A stretch of 63,975 nt of DNA, the filler included, from Hyphochytrium catenoides (lineage: Eukaryota; Protista; Hyphochytriomycota), in the NCBI GenBank assembly GCA_900088475.1. It is 11 parts of 11 records of this genome, joined end to end, with 100 filler letters (N's around TTAATTAATTAA, not from the genome) between each part and the next. Parts side by side here need not be neighbours in the genome. Positions count along the whole stretch, not along the records: positions 1 to 21,949 come from FLMG01003916.1; positions 22,050 to 30,167 come from FLMG01001904.1; 9 more parts are not named here. One strand, 5' to 3'. Position numbers and translations under genes: made by a program. A model generated the notes under the pieces. The model had not been told where the DNA came from. It made no database searches and saw only the letters and a list, made by a program, of their open reading frames with translations. Positions within the stretch are counted from its first letter, which is position 1. The number at the start of each line of letters is the position of its first letter. Shown here in pieces: positions 13,097 to 25,749 of the stretch.

Positions 13097-16000
13097 ATGG
13101 AGCGGGCTCGATTGAGAGATGGGGAGCAGCAGCCCTCGGCCAGGTCGAGGAGGAGCTGGGCCAGCGAGGAAAGGCTAAGCGAGGGTTCAGACCCCAGTCC
13201 TCGCGTGAGAGCGTCAACCGCTGCACCGGCTGAACTGCAGGAATGGAAGCAGGTGCCCGTCGTCTCGTATGCAGACCAGATGGTTGATCACCAGCAGATT
13301 CTGGGCAGCTTCAAGCGCACTGTCACTGGCTGGAAGAGGGTTCCAAGGAAGCTGAGAAGGAGCAGGGGCCCAAGCCTGTCATTTAGGACGTTAAGCAAGG
13401 AGGAAGTCAAAGAAACAGGAGCAGTCGCGCAGCTCAATCCTTCTCCGACGACACTAGGTAGCTACAGCCGCCGTCTCCTACCGAGTCTCTCTCTTCTTCC
13501 CTCTATACTCTGTCCTCTCCTTCTTCGTGTCTCTTACCTCTTGGCGCGGATAGACTCTCTTTCGTAGGTCCAATTTGGGCCCACGCCACGATGCCATCCT
13601 CGTCTCCTCCTACCAAGGAACCGCGGTCCTGTTGATCTTTTCTTAGCCAGTTCCCTTCTTCTCCAATTCTCTTTGATCGGGTGTCTTGCTCAGGTTCTCT
13701 AATCCTCTGTACCTGTCACCTTCTAAGCCATCTTCTTCCTATTCATTTGTCTTACGCTCTTTGTCTCATACATCTTCTTCTTCCGGGTAACTGACTATCT
13801 TCTTGTCCCTTCTCTCTCTTGGTAGATGGTAGTGGCAGACTAGTAGACACGAACATGCTCCCTTCTTCCACGACTGTCCGGTATGATGTCTTCCGCAGTC
13901 CGTCTCTTGAGGACCCACGGGCAGAAGCCTTTATCTCCTCTGCCAGCCGTGTAACAGGCGACGAACTGCCTGCAGAGCTTCCAGATGATGAGAAAAGATT
14001 CACAAAGCTTCTCTCCATGGAAGAGGTGAAGTTATAGAGACTTTTTGGCCCTCTGGACCTCTATACTTTGTCTTGCATGTCCGGTTCTAGTGTGCCCTCT
14101 CTTCCTCTTCTCTCTCTCTCTTTTTCTCTTTCTGTTCACTGCCATGCTTCCTCTGTCGCGCTGCATCCGTCTTTCTTCATGGAGAAGCGGCTGTTCGTTG
14201 CTTTGTGTGGGGATCCTCGCTCTCTTGTCTTACCTTAACCTGTCCCTCTCTCTCTTCTCTGATGTATGACTCCAGGTTCTTCAAGGACAGACTCATATGT
14301 CCTTCATGGAGACTATTCGATACTCTTTCGCCATAGTCCTGCACGACAGTGACTCCGTCAAAGAGTCACTTCTGCGGCGCTATCGGCATAGGAATGTCCC
14401 CTCCCACCTGTTCGTCAATTTCCAGGACAAGCTCTACTCTCTGCGCAAAAAATTGCTAAAGAGATTAGTAAGCGCCGGCCTGGGAGTGGCGGTGCTAGAG
14501 AACACGCTGGAGACGTTCAACAAGATTGTGGTCCTCATCGATCCTCACGAAGATCCTCAGCTTCTAGTGCACGAGTATCGAAGGGAGATCAATGAGCTGG
14601 CCATCCTAAGTGGCAAAGCTAGCACAAGGCTAGGTCAAGGAGACCCCGAGGTTGATGGGATTCGCTTCAGTCCAGCGACGCAGAACAGGTTGACGTACAA
14701 CATCATACAGAACGCCTTGAAGGACTTTGAGACCCATGAATGGGACTTGCCTGAGTTCGCTATAGGTGAGACATACGGCAGACAGACAGGCCCTACGTAG
14801 GTTATGAAGAGGGAGAGGCTGAAGAAGAGAGGGGGGAAGAGAGAGAGAGAGAGAGAAAAAAGAGAGGGAGAGAGATGAAGTCGCTGGTCTCACACTTCTC
14901 ACCCTTCTGGTCACTCTCTTCTCTTCTCTCAGGCTGCGCTGACGTCATTGAGCATTGTTTTCCGCTAAATGACAGAAAGTTCAACCAACTTTTCTTCTCC
15001 GCGTACAGCAAGTCTCCGTTTACACTGCAGAATCTCAAAAATGTGCTCAGCAACTCCAGAGAACTGGACACTTGGGCCGTAGAGGAGATCCGACTGCATT
15101 TTGGAGAGCGAGTTGCGCTCCTCTTTGCCTTCATGCACACGCACACGCGCCTTCTTGCTCCTCTCGCTCTCTTCTGTTCACTTTACTGGGCTGTCTTCAA
15201 ATTCATGGGCGGGCTAGTATGGGCGCCTTATGTACGAGGACTAAGCATTATTGGTATGATCATCGCTTGCGGCTGGGGTCCGTTCGTCCTAGTGCAATGG
15301 GAGAGAGAAGAGAAGCTTCTAGTGGAGAAGTGGCAGTTGGATAGGTGAGGAGTGTTTCTACAGCTATCTTCCCATATCTATTCTCCCGTCTGGGTCTGGA
15401 CGCAGATGACTCATTTATAATCTTGCTTTGTGAAGAAGAAGGAGAATGATCTCGCTCTCTCCTACGTGGTCCCTCGTCGTTGTCTCTCTTCGTCTGCTAC
15501 ACATCTCTGGTCTGCGCTTCTTAAGTTTTCCCTATCTTCAGGTACAAGAACACGATCTTTGAGTCAACGGACGATAACCCTAACTTTAAGTTTGAGTGGG
15601 TGGAGAATCCCATAACGGGCGAGAAAGAGAAGTTCTATTCTCCTCGCAAGAGGCTTCTATTTCGTATCTTCATGACCTTCTTTGTCATGCTGGCAGCCTT
15701 TCTGCAGTGCATGCTCCTTGTTCCATTTATTCAGGTAAAGAGGTGAAGGAGACGTAGAGCAGATAAGGGAGAGGAAAAGAAAAGAGAGTACGAGAAATGA
15801 GAGAGAGAAAAAATGGGGAGAGATGGAAAAAAGTAAGAGAAGAGGAGGGGCACTGGAGAAGTCAGAGAAAGAGAAACCACGGGGCGAGGCAGGGGAAGAA
15901 GAGAGAGGAGATGGGAACCAGAGAGAGCAGTAAAAGAGGGAAGACAAGCTGCCATTCAGACACATCCCGATACTGATCTCCTGCCAAGGAAGTACGAAAC

Positions 16001-17288
16001 TCGACCTAAACAACTCTGTTTCTTTCTCTCATCGGATCTTCTTCCGTTTCCCCTTGCACCTCTTCAGTGGTACGCTGCTGCTAAGTTGGCTCCTACGTGC
16101 GACGTCTGCAACGCCTACCAGGAGAACTACAACGCCACCAATCAGACAGACTGGGGCGCCGTCAACTCTGCGTTCCTTCCGGGGGCAGGGAAAGATTCCT
16201 ACAGCTGCATCAAAGGTCTGACCTGCTTCCCGACAGAGTCAAGCAAAGTGGGAACCTTGCGTTGGGTTTACATTCTTGTCCAGGTAAGAGGAGACAAAGG
16301 AAGGGAGAAGAGTTGCCGAAGCCTAACAAGCGGGAGAGAATCAACGTCTCGCTTTATCTGACCCTACAGCTCTCTAGGCGATGCTTCTTCTACCTGTGTG
16401 CCGTCCTCTCTTTTGTGCACTTAGTATCTAACAATATTCTAACGTGGTTTGGCTGTCTTTCTTTTCCTTCAGGGCATTATCTTAGGACTGTTCATTGATG
16501 TGGGGCTGTGGCACCTCTTTAACTATCTTTCAGCGCGGCTGGTAGCAGTTGTCAATCATCGGAAGCGGTCAGAGTTTGAGAACTCTTTGATTCGCTGGCG
16601 CTTCGTGTTCGTTTGGACGGCCTGGTTCTTTTGGTTTCTCTTCCTCGCGTTTGTCTATCTGCCCTTTGGAGATGTGGTTAACAGGTGAGAACAGCCCATT
16701 AAGTTGAGCCACGGGTACAAGCACGGGCGCACAGATGGAAGAGGGGATGTTCAAAAAAAGACAGAGAGAGATAGAGAGAAAGAGAGAGCTTTGAGTATCG
16801 GAGTGCTAAACAATTCATCTCTCTTCTTGAAGTCCTCACTGACACTGTCCTGTCCTTGTAGTCTCATTGCAGAGCTAGGGCTACCTTGGGCCTCGTCTTT
16901 CACGTGGCGGCCTGAAATTCTAAGTCTGGATGAGCTCTTCGTCACTCCTCTCATTGTCACCCAGGCGCTGAATCTGCTAGTTGAGACTGTGGGTCTCTGG
17001 GCGGTCGTCCAGCTCGGTCGGTCTAACATGAAGCAGAGCGCAAAGCGGAGAATCTTCTGGGCGAAGGTCTCGTCCAAGTTGTCCCGTTGGTGGCAAATGC
17101 TGAGGCATTGCTGCAAGACAGAGGTGATAGAAGTACAGAAGCAGGATGCCTTCCACAGAAAGAGCTCAGAGATGAATGCTGCCAAGCTTGCAAAGGAGGT
17201 GTCGGCAATGACAGGCTACGATATCCCAGTGCTACAGAGAGGTAACAGACTTGTCTACGATCTCCCTCTTTCTCTCTCTCTCTGTCTC

Positions 17289-17333
<45 letters not shown>

Positions 17334-19033
17334 CTTAACGAAAGCTCTTTGTTGATTAGGTTGGACTTACTTCTTACATACTCTTCTTTCCCCCTCTTCT
17401 CTCTCTCGCCTTGGGCTATCTCTCTCTTTAACTCTTTGCCTTCGCATGTCTCTATATCTCTCATTATTCCAGGCGATGACTCCAACAACCTGAATGCTAC
17501 GGATGTGGTTGCAGAGAGCACGTATGGGGAGTTTGACCCCTTTCTGGATTACCTGGATGCCGCCATCCACTTCTCTTATGTTCTCATGTTCACATGCGTC
17601 TGGCCGTTGCTCCCTCTCCCTGCAGCCATGAACAACCTTCTAGAGGTCAGAGGAGACGCGTTCCGCTTGATGTTCTGCAGTAGGAGACCGCTTCCAAGAA
17701 GAGACGAGTCTATCGGACAATGGTTGCACGTCCTTCAGAATGAGGTAGGAACCCACCAGGAAGAGCAGCAGCATCCTTCGTCCTAGGAGGAGAGCAGATG
17801 CATTGACAGCGAAGAAGGAGAGAGAGAGATTGCGGGCCATGTTCCTTCATCTACTAGAGAGCCAACAACGCCGTTCCCGTGCATCTCGGGCCATTGCGCA
17901 TTCTCTTATTGACCTTAACTTCCACTTCTGCAGACTTTCCTTGCGTGCATGGTGGTGCCCGGATTGATCTCACTGTACATGGTAATGTACTGGGACCCTT
18001 CCTTCACCTGCGGACAGCAGACCTTCGACGCCGGGCGGTACATTCCCTACAATCAGATCAATAAGTGCGAGAGCTCCGGCAAACTGAGCCCAGGAGTCTT
18101 CTGGTCGTCCTTTGTCATCATCGAGCACTTCCTTCTCCTGGTAAGTGCAGGAACCTACATGGGAAGGACAAAGAGAGGAATGGGATTAGATGAGGGACTT
18201 TTTCATGTTTACCTCCTTATTAGTGTTTGTCCTTTACATTCTCTCTGGTTATCTCTCTCTCACTCTCTTTCTTTCTCTCTCTCTCTCTCGCGCGCGCGCG
18301 CGTCCGCGCTCTCCTTTCTTTCTCTCTCTGAATAAGCTAGCAATTTGCCTTCCCTCATCCATTCCTAATTTTCCCTCCTCTTTCTCCCACTCTCCAGGTC
18401 CGGTACTGGATTATGCAGGTCGATAAGAAGCCTTACTGCATCGACAACCCGTCGTACCATCGCATTAAAGAGATTCAGAAGCTCGGAGGACTAAGAGCGG
18501 CACCTACTTGGAAGCTGGAATCCATATCGCGGCTGAGGCAGGTGAGTGCGACAGAGGGTGAGGCTTAGAAGAGAGGGACTACTTTGTGTCTCTTGCAATC
18601 GACATTCTTCATTTTATTTGCCCCTGTCTCCCCTATGAGGTTCTCTCTCTCTCCTCGTCCGCTCTCTCTCGCTCTCTCGCTCTCTCTGTCTCTTGATAGT
18701 TTCCCTTCTTAGTGCTGACCCTATTCTCATCTATTCGTTGCTCCACAGGTCTTTGAGAAGTACGATGTGGACCAAGACGACCACTTAGATGAATACGAGC
18801 TCTGCCCTTTCCTGGCTGAATGGTTCTCTCTCCCTGAAGAGAGAATCAGAGCAAAGGCGCTAACCATCGCTCGGTACATTGACAAGACAAACATAGGCAA
18901 ATTGCCGTTTTCTGCTCTCGCTGTTTCTCTTTTGGATGTGCAGCACGATCGCTTCTTGTCAAACCTTTTGGGTCTGCACAAGGCTGGGACTCTGCCTCTT
19001 GGAGCCTGGTAGGACAGGGCATGGGTCTTCTCT

Positions 19034-19066
<33 letters not shown>

Positions 19067-19465
19067 GCTCTCTCGCTCTTTCTCTCTCTTTTCTTCGTTC
19101 TAGGGGTTGATCATTCTCTTGGTGTGCTTTCTGCGGTCTCGTTCTCTCATTTCCCTTCTCTCCCCCTTGCATTGCTTTCCGATAATTTCATTTCTCTCGT
19201 CTCTTCTCTCGGTGGTTTGTCTGTCCCTCTCTCGCTCTCTTCCTCTCCCCATCCTGTCTTTCTCTATTCGCACTGCGTCTCTTGCTCAGAGGCATACCAT
19301 CTGTCACACTTGCCATTCTTCTCTCTTCCCTATATCCAGATCTCGCAACCTCTCTACTGCTCTTTCCTGCCGCGCCGATTGTCTCCTCACGTTCCCTCCT
19401 CTCTCTCCAGTGTAAACAAGGACGATGGCATTGAGCTGCGAGCTGACTCCAGCAAGTGGGTTTAG
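13097..19465 (+). CDS. Anoctamin/TMEM16 family Ca2+-activated channel or scramblase with a C-terminal EF-hand; multi-exon, start uncertain
   Basis: Anoctamin signatures EEIRLHFGERVALLFAFM, NHRKRSEFENSLI, DYLDAAIHFSYVLMFTCVWPLLPLPAAMNNLLEVRGDAFRL, RRPLPRRDESIGQW and FVIIEH. Exon 18749-19008 encodes VFEKYDVDQDDHLDEYEL. The last exon 19411-19465 ends at TAG. Confidence 0.9.
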
Positions 19466-21328
19466 GTCCCACAAGTGAGAAGCAGGGGTGGTCACCTTAT
19501 CATCTGCTGGGCGCCCACAGACCTGCCAAGAAGTTATTTATTGGCCGCTCTTTACTCTCTCAGCCTATTTATTCTTAGCTCTGTACAGAGAAGCATTATA
19601 TCTTCTATAATAACTGAATCACAAGGGAGATCGTGAGGGCTCGCTCAAACGAAAGCTCTTTGTCCTTCTCTTCTCTTTCTCTTTCATGGGCGAGGGCTTT
19701 GGATCATCCTACTTTAGCTCCGATGTAGACGCTAGAGGTTGAGATATCTTTCTTCCCTCTCTCTATCCCCTTCTCTTTCCTCTCTCTCACACACACGATT
19801 CAGGGACCGTAATGCCTTCCTTGAACTCCAAACAGTGCTCTTGAGACCTAGGAAGATTTCCCTGGCCAGGGGGAATGGGGAGCTGCGTCTCTGTCAAGAG
19901 AGTGGCGGTGGAGATCCAAGGACCTGAGACAGTTCTAGGAGTTAGAGGGGAAGAGTCGACAGGATAGCCGTGGAAGGAGATAGGGGCGGCTTGGAGGTAC
20001 ACTGACGTGAGACCATGGGGAGATGGGAGGGAGAAGGCACGAGAGGAGAGGAACATAGGGATTCGGTGAATTGGCAAGGATATGAGCAAAGTGCCCTCTT
20101 TCTTTCTGTGGCAGAGCCTAATTAGAAAGCAGGCCGCGCTAGAAAAAGAGCAGAGGGATAGCTTGAGACACAGGGAAGGGTTGGACAAGGACAGAGAAAG
20201 AGAGGAAAAACGAGAGAGAGGGATAGAGAAAGAGAGAGATCACGCGCGCGAGAGAGAGATACAGAGAAAGAGAGAGAGAGAGACTCGAAAGACTTGTTTT
20301 CCTGTCTTTGTTAATGTTTGATGCTCAAGCTCATCACTGTAACGCCCCAGCCCTTCATTCCAAATAATAACTGTGAAATTCCTGTAGATGTGGTTTTAAA
20401 GGGCATGTATTCCTGACTTTGATTCTGAGTGATGATGGCTGAAAGGGATGTCTCTTGGCTGTCCCTCATCGGATGGGCAAGGGAGAGAGAGAAAGAGGAA
20501 GAGAGAGAGAGAGAGCAAAAGAGAGNNNNNNNNNNNNNNNNNNNNNNNNNNNNNNNNNNNNNNNNNNNNNNNNNNNNNNNNNNNNNNNNNNNNNNNNNNN
20601 NNNNNNNNNNNNNNNNNNNNNNNNNNNNNNNNNNNNNNCCGCAAACTACGTGTGAGAGAGAGAGAGAGAGAGAGGAAGAGAGGAGGAAACAGAGAAGTGG
20701 GAAGAGAGTCAAAAGTGAGGAAGTGAAGAGGAAGTAGAAGGAGGAGGGGAGAGAGAGAGAAAGAGAGCCATCACCAAAAAACATCATTATTTCCTCTACG
20801 GTAGAATTCTTAGATAAAGGGAGGAAGAGGGGCAGGATCGGTCCCCGACTGCCGCTAGGACAGGAACCTCCCAGGGAAGAGAGGGAGCCTCCGGTCAGGA
20901 GAAGGCCCGACGGAAGGAGAGAGAGAGAGACAGAGAGAGAGAGAAGAGGCGAAGACACTGTGTCCCGCGCTTAGCCGCCGTCCGAACGACAGGCAAGAGA
21001 CAGACAAAGTCAATGACCTCGGCGCGCTGGTGATAGCGGGAGAAGCTCCTTCTCAACGTTCAAAGCGCAATCTCTCTTACTCTTCTCTCCTGTCCCCTGC
21101 CTGGTGACAGTCTCTGCTAAGCCACAGGTCTCCCTCTGTGTCTCTCTCCTTCTATTCTCTCTCTGTCTGTTCTCTCTCTCTCTCTCTCTCNNNNNNNNNN
21201 NNNNNNNNNNNNNNNNNNNNNNNNNNNNNNNNNNNNNNNNNNNNNNTCTCTCTCTCTCTCTCTTGTTCTCGTTTTCTGTCCTTGTCTCTCTCCTCGGCGC
21301 GGGCCCACTCAGGGCGAAGAGGAAGAAA

Positions 21329-21844
21329 ATGGCTGCGGAGTCGGTGGTCTTCCCAATCTTCACAGCGATCGCGATCCTGGCCTGCGCCTACAGCCTCAAA
21401 TATCTCAGGAAACATCCCAATGTCATCTCTTTCTGGCTCCCGGTAGGGGATCCTCTCTGGGATATCGCTCAGCGCTGCAAGCTCTGTCTCTCTCTCTCTC
21501 ACTCTCGCTCAGTCTCTCCTTGTTTCCTCTCTCTTTTCATTTCACTACTCTATCTCGTCTCTTCCTTACTCTTTCTCTCTCTCTCTCTCTCTGTCTCGCT
21601 GTATCTACTATCGTTATATTCTCTTTCTCTCTCTCTTCTCTTTCGTTCTCTCTTTCCCTGGCTCTCCCTCACAATTTTTCTCTTTCTCTTTTGGCTTCTC
21701 TCTCTCTTCGCGCGCGTTATTCCTACTTCTCTTCCTCTCCTTAGCCCATCCTCTCCGCTTTGATCGCCATTGTGAGCGGGATTCTCTCTGCTGGGAACCC
21801 AACTACTGATTCTCCCAGCGCCAGAGTGTTACTGGCGGCCTATG
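21329..21844 (+). CDS. 5' part of a multi-pass membrane protein (exons 21329-21442 and 21745-21844), truncated by the scaffold end
   Basis: MAAESVVFPIFTAIAILACAYSLKYLRKHPNVISFWLP|PILSALIAIVSGILSAG.. joined in phase across a CT-rich GT-AG intron. Confidence 0.55.
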
Positions 21845-21993
21845 GTCAGCGGCACGCCTTCTCTCTGTTCTCCGCTCTTCTCTCTCTCTCCTAGCGTTCT
21901 ACTCTTTACTGTCGGGCTGGATTCTCTTCTCTCCCTCTCTCTCTCTCTCNNNNNNNNNNNNNNNNNNNNNNNNNNNNNNNNNNNNNNNNNNNN

Positions 21994-22005
21994 TTAATTA
22001 ATTAA
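21994..22005. other. Artificial six-frame-stop scaffold linker TTAATTAATTAA flanked by Ns; also at 30212, 32161, 38948, 40865, 43300, 54767, 57293, 58923 and 61720
   Basis: The identical 12-mer is embedded in N runs 10 times, and genes are cut off at these points. Confidence 0.97.
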
Positions 22006-22388
22006 NNNNNNNNNNNNNNNNNNNNNNNNNNNNNNNNNNNNNNNNNNNNCGCGGCTAAACAACTGCTGCTGCCTCCTTCAACATTATAACAATGGTAGAA
22101 GACGACACATCCTTTTTGCGGGCCAGAGCGCCAAAGCCTTCTTGCTTCTGCCGCTCATGGGAGCTCTCTCTCCTCATAAACGTTTCCATTCTGCAGTCCT
22201 GCTCCGGCAAATCATTATGCTGGCCCGTCGGAGCCAGACTTCTCGCAGGGCAACTGCTTTCTCTCTATCGCTGGTCGATCGGAAGCTCCGCAAGCCGAAA
22301 CTGTTGGTCGCCTATTGCCGCTTTTGACGAGGCATTCTAACGGTCTCACGGGTGCCTGCGAGTGCCCTTGTGGGACTTGAGATTGCTT

Positions 22389-23935
22389 ATGCTGATCAGA
22401 GGCTTCTCAATGTCCACGATTTTGCCAACTTCTTTTCTGGGTCGGAGACCCCCTAATAAGCCATGCCGCCGAGTGGCTGCGCTGCAAATGACGGCGACCT
22501 CAGATTCCAAAAGGAACTTCGAGATCTGCAAGGCCCTGATTGAAAGGGCAGCAAAGGAGAGCCAAGCGGATCTGATATGTCTCCCTGAGTGCTTCCACTT
22601 CATCGGTGAAAGCGGTGCCGATTCTCTCCATGCTGCAGAGAGTATCTACGGTGGTCCTACCATAGCAAGGTAGCCAGTCTTTGGTTTCTTCCCCTTTACG
22701 TNNNNNNNNNNNNNNNNNNNNNNNNNNNNNNNNNNNNNNNNNNNNNNNNNNNNNNNNNNNNTTTTGGGGACAGAAGCGTAAAGTGAGAACGCTTAATGCT
22801 TATCAAAGTTCAGCGGCATCTTCCCGTTGAGATGAGTGCAAGCGGACGCCTGCATATTCAATGTTGACACCTATTCTTTGGGGACCGTAGCCAGCGACGC
22901 TGAGGAAGACAGAAATAATGCTCATTTTAACAGCTCCTATCACCCCTGGTTGCGCAACAACAGATACAGAGACATTGCCAAAGATCTTGACGTCTGGCTT
23001 TCATTAGGAGGGTTTCCTGCATCGGAGCTAGTAGAGGTACGTCCTTGTTGACATCAGTCTCCAGGTTCTCGCTGATAATGAGAACTAAGAGCTACGATAA
23101 CAGGGACCATCAAATATCACTTCCACTTCTCAGGCCCTGTTTCAAACTAACTCGGCAATCGCCACGGATAAGCTTGAGAGGAAAATCTATAACACGCATG
23201 TCGTTATAGATAACAAAGGAGAGATCGTTTCTGCATACACCAAGATTCATCTCTTCGATGTTCCTAGCCTAGGACTGCAGGAGAGTGTAGTTACTGGTAC
23301 AGGGAGACTTCTGACACCACCGGTAGATTCTCCGGTAAGTCACTTCTTATCAGGCTTTCCTAGCTTCTGCACGACCTAACGGACTAGCCTGGCGTGGTGA
23401 TGGGTACTGCTCGGCCTTTACTAACGAGGGTGGATGGACATCAGGTGGGCAAGTTGGGTCTCTCAATATGCTATGACCTTCGCTTTCCCGAGCTGTACAC
23501 AAAGCTTGTCAGCGAGGGCGCAGAAGTACTGCTAGTTCCTAGTGCTTTTACGGCTAAGGCAGGATCTGCACACTGGGAAACTCTACTTCGTGCCAGAGCT
23601 ATCGAGACCCAAACATACGTTGTAGCCCCCGCCCAGACAGGAAGACACAACGGGAAGCGAGAAAGCTGGGGCCATAGCATGATCATCGACCCGTGGGGTC
23701 AAGTAGTTGCTCAATGCTCGGAAGGGATTGGTTTCTGCACGGCAGACATTAACTTGGGTTACTTGGAAGAGGTAGGAAGAGTGGAACTCTCCTGCAGGAC
23801 TGGTTCCCAGTTAATGACGTTACGAGTGGTTGACCAATCTTTGGCCCCTTGCATTTGATTCAGGTTAGAAGTCGAATGCCTATGGCGCTCCATCGTCAGA
23901 ATAGAATCAATACCGTGGGGTTTTTCGGTTTCTAG
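22389..23935 (+). CDS. NIT1: Nitrilase-superfamily NIT1-like deaminated glutathione amidase, multi-exon
   Basis: VAALQMT, LICLPECF, WLSLGGF, IYNTHVVIDNKGEIVSAYTKIHLFDV, GLSICYDLRFPE, PSAFT..G.AHWETLLRARAIETQ, AQTGRHN.KRESWGHSMIIDPWG. The catalytic E/K/C triad is present. Confidence 0.92.
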
Positions 23936-25749
23936 GGAGAGCAAGGAGATCTTACCAATGGTCCAACCTGGCGATTGAAGAGATAGAAGCTGGTTGACTG
24001 GCTGGACAATGGATTGCAGCTCTTAACGTCTTCTGCATCATGTTTGGCATCCGTCTTGCCCACTGCGTTTTAAGGATGATTCTCGTGCCATTTTTCAAGC
24101 TTATATATGATCAAATCTTTTCTCCCTAGCACACTTCTGCTTTTTCGTTCCGCATCATCTTTCAGTGACTCTTTTGTCGAGTACATTCTCTTCTTTTTCT
24201 CTGTCCAGAGCTTAGTTTGCCTTTGTTTGACGAGTCCTTACGACTACTTGGTAGGAAAGGCTGCTACATTTGTGTCTCACTCAGTAAAATGATCCAACTT
24301 GGGCTACTACGTGATGTCGCTCTCACACTGGGTGCAACTGCAACTCGTCAGACAGCTGGTTTCTCTCCTCGTTGGACATCCATTCGTCGGCTACTACAGA
24401 GAACGTACACTCTGTCTCTCTGAGAGACTAGCTTGATTCGCCTCACGTAATGCTCCTCTAGTGTTTCCCCAGTATATATGTCAGATGGGAGAAGAATCGC
24501 CAACGGACACACATTCGTTATTCTGGGTTGTTGGGCCAGCCGCATGTGCAAGCCTCCTCCTAGTATTGAATGCTAACGCATTTTCTGTTCTATCAGAAGA
24601 AAGAATTTTACGCGATATCTGGCCTACAGTGCCTAACAGAGAATGAAGTCAGCCCACTCCATCACACTCTATTGTGCCATAAAAACCCTGATGTGCCACA
24701 TTATCTCACGCTTACCTTTTGAATTTACCCTTTCTCTCTTCATCTGTCGCTTTTTATCTCTTCTTATCTTTCGTCCACGTTCTTGGTCACATTGCAAGAT
24801 AACTCGCCTATGCTACCACCTTAGTACAAGAATCTCCTCCATCTGCCGCCGCCGTATCTTTGACTGACGCCCCTCTGCCTTCCTTCTCTCGCCTAAGGGC
24901 CGACCTTCACGCGTCCTTCCCCCTAAATAAGGATTGCATGCAGCTGCTTTCTGTAGGGGACGAAGTCAAAAAGTTCTTCCTTCCGACTCCCACTCTAACA
25001 CTGTACTAGCTTGAAGCGGTAGTGCGCCTTTTCTTATCCCGGCTGCTACTACCTCATGCGGCCGGAAGCGGTATGAGTAGTAGCTTTATCCCCTCACTGT
25101 TACTCTATTCCCTACTCATGAATGGAAGGATGCAGGAAACACGGTTGCTGGCCGGACTCAGCTGTCAACATGTCCAGAAGATTCTCACTATCGCAGTATA
25201 CTGCTATTCAGTAGATCCTGTGGCGGAAGCAAAGATAAGAAGAAGGGTTCCTCATGCAAGTTTTTGGAAACAAGACCCTAGCAGCTTGGGTTCGGTACAC
25301 TATTTATCACTTCTTTGCGGATAGTGGCTGCTACCGATTTTCTGCTAAAGCCTAAAAAACACGGGCAGTCGCGAGCAACGCCGACAGGTGGGCTGAAGAC
25401 GAGGAAGAGGACTGTATCGCTCTTATATTAGAGGCAATAACGAGAGTAGAAGAGACGAAGACTAACGTTCTTACCACCACTACTATATGCAGTCATCACA
25501 AGCCAGCCCTACCTTGGATAGAGAGAAGGAGCCAGCCTCATAACGTCAGCCACCGAGGACGAAGGAACCATGGAGGCAAGAGTTCGGTCCAGAGTGCTCT
25601 TTTCGAGAGCAGAAAGCCACGCTATGGAAAGCCACGCAATGGAAAGCACGATTGCTACAGCAAATATTTGCGCTCGGTGCTTCTGTTCTTGGTATAGAAC
25701 TGATGTCTATCAGGACTGCCAACCTGGCGTGTCGTGTCTTTTCTCGTCT

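Noticed and set aside
19583-19600. ACAGAGAAG resembling the U6 snRNA box
   Set aside because: The flanks do not match U6 (no GATTAGCATGG); it lies in a probable 3' UTR.
25350-25700. Start-less open frame with RWAEDEEE..LILEAI (Myb-like) and a short 15-bp tandem repeat
   Set aside because: The remaining Myb tryptophan spacing is absent and there is no supported start or splice acceptor.
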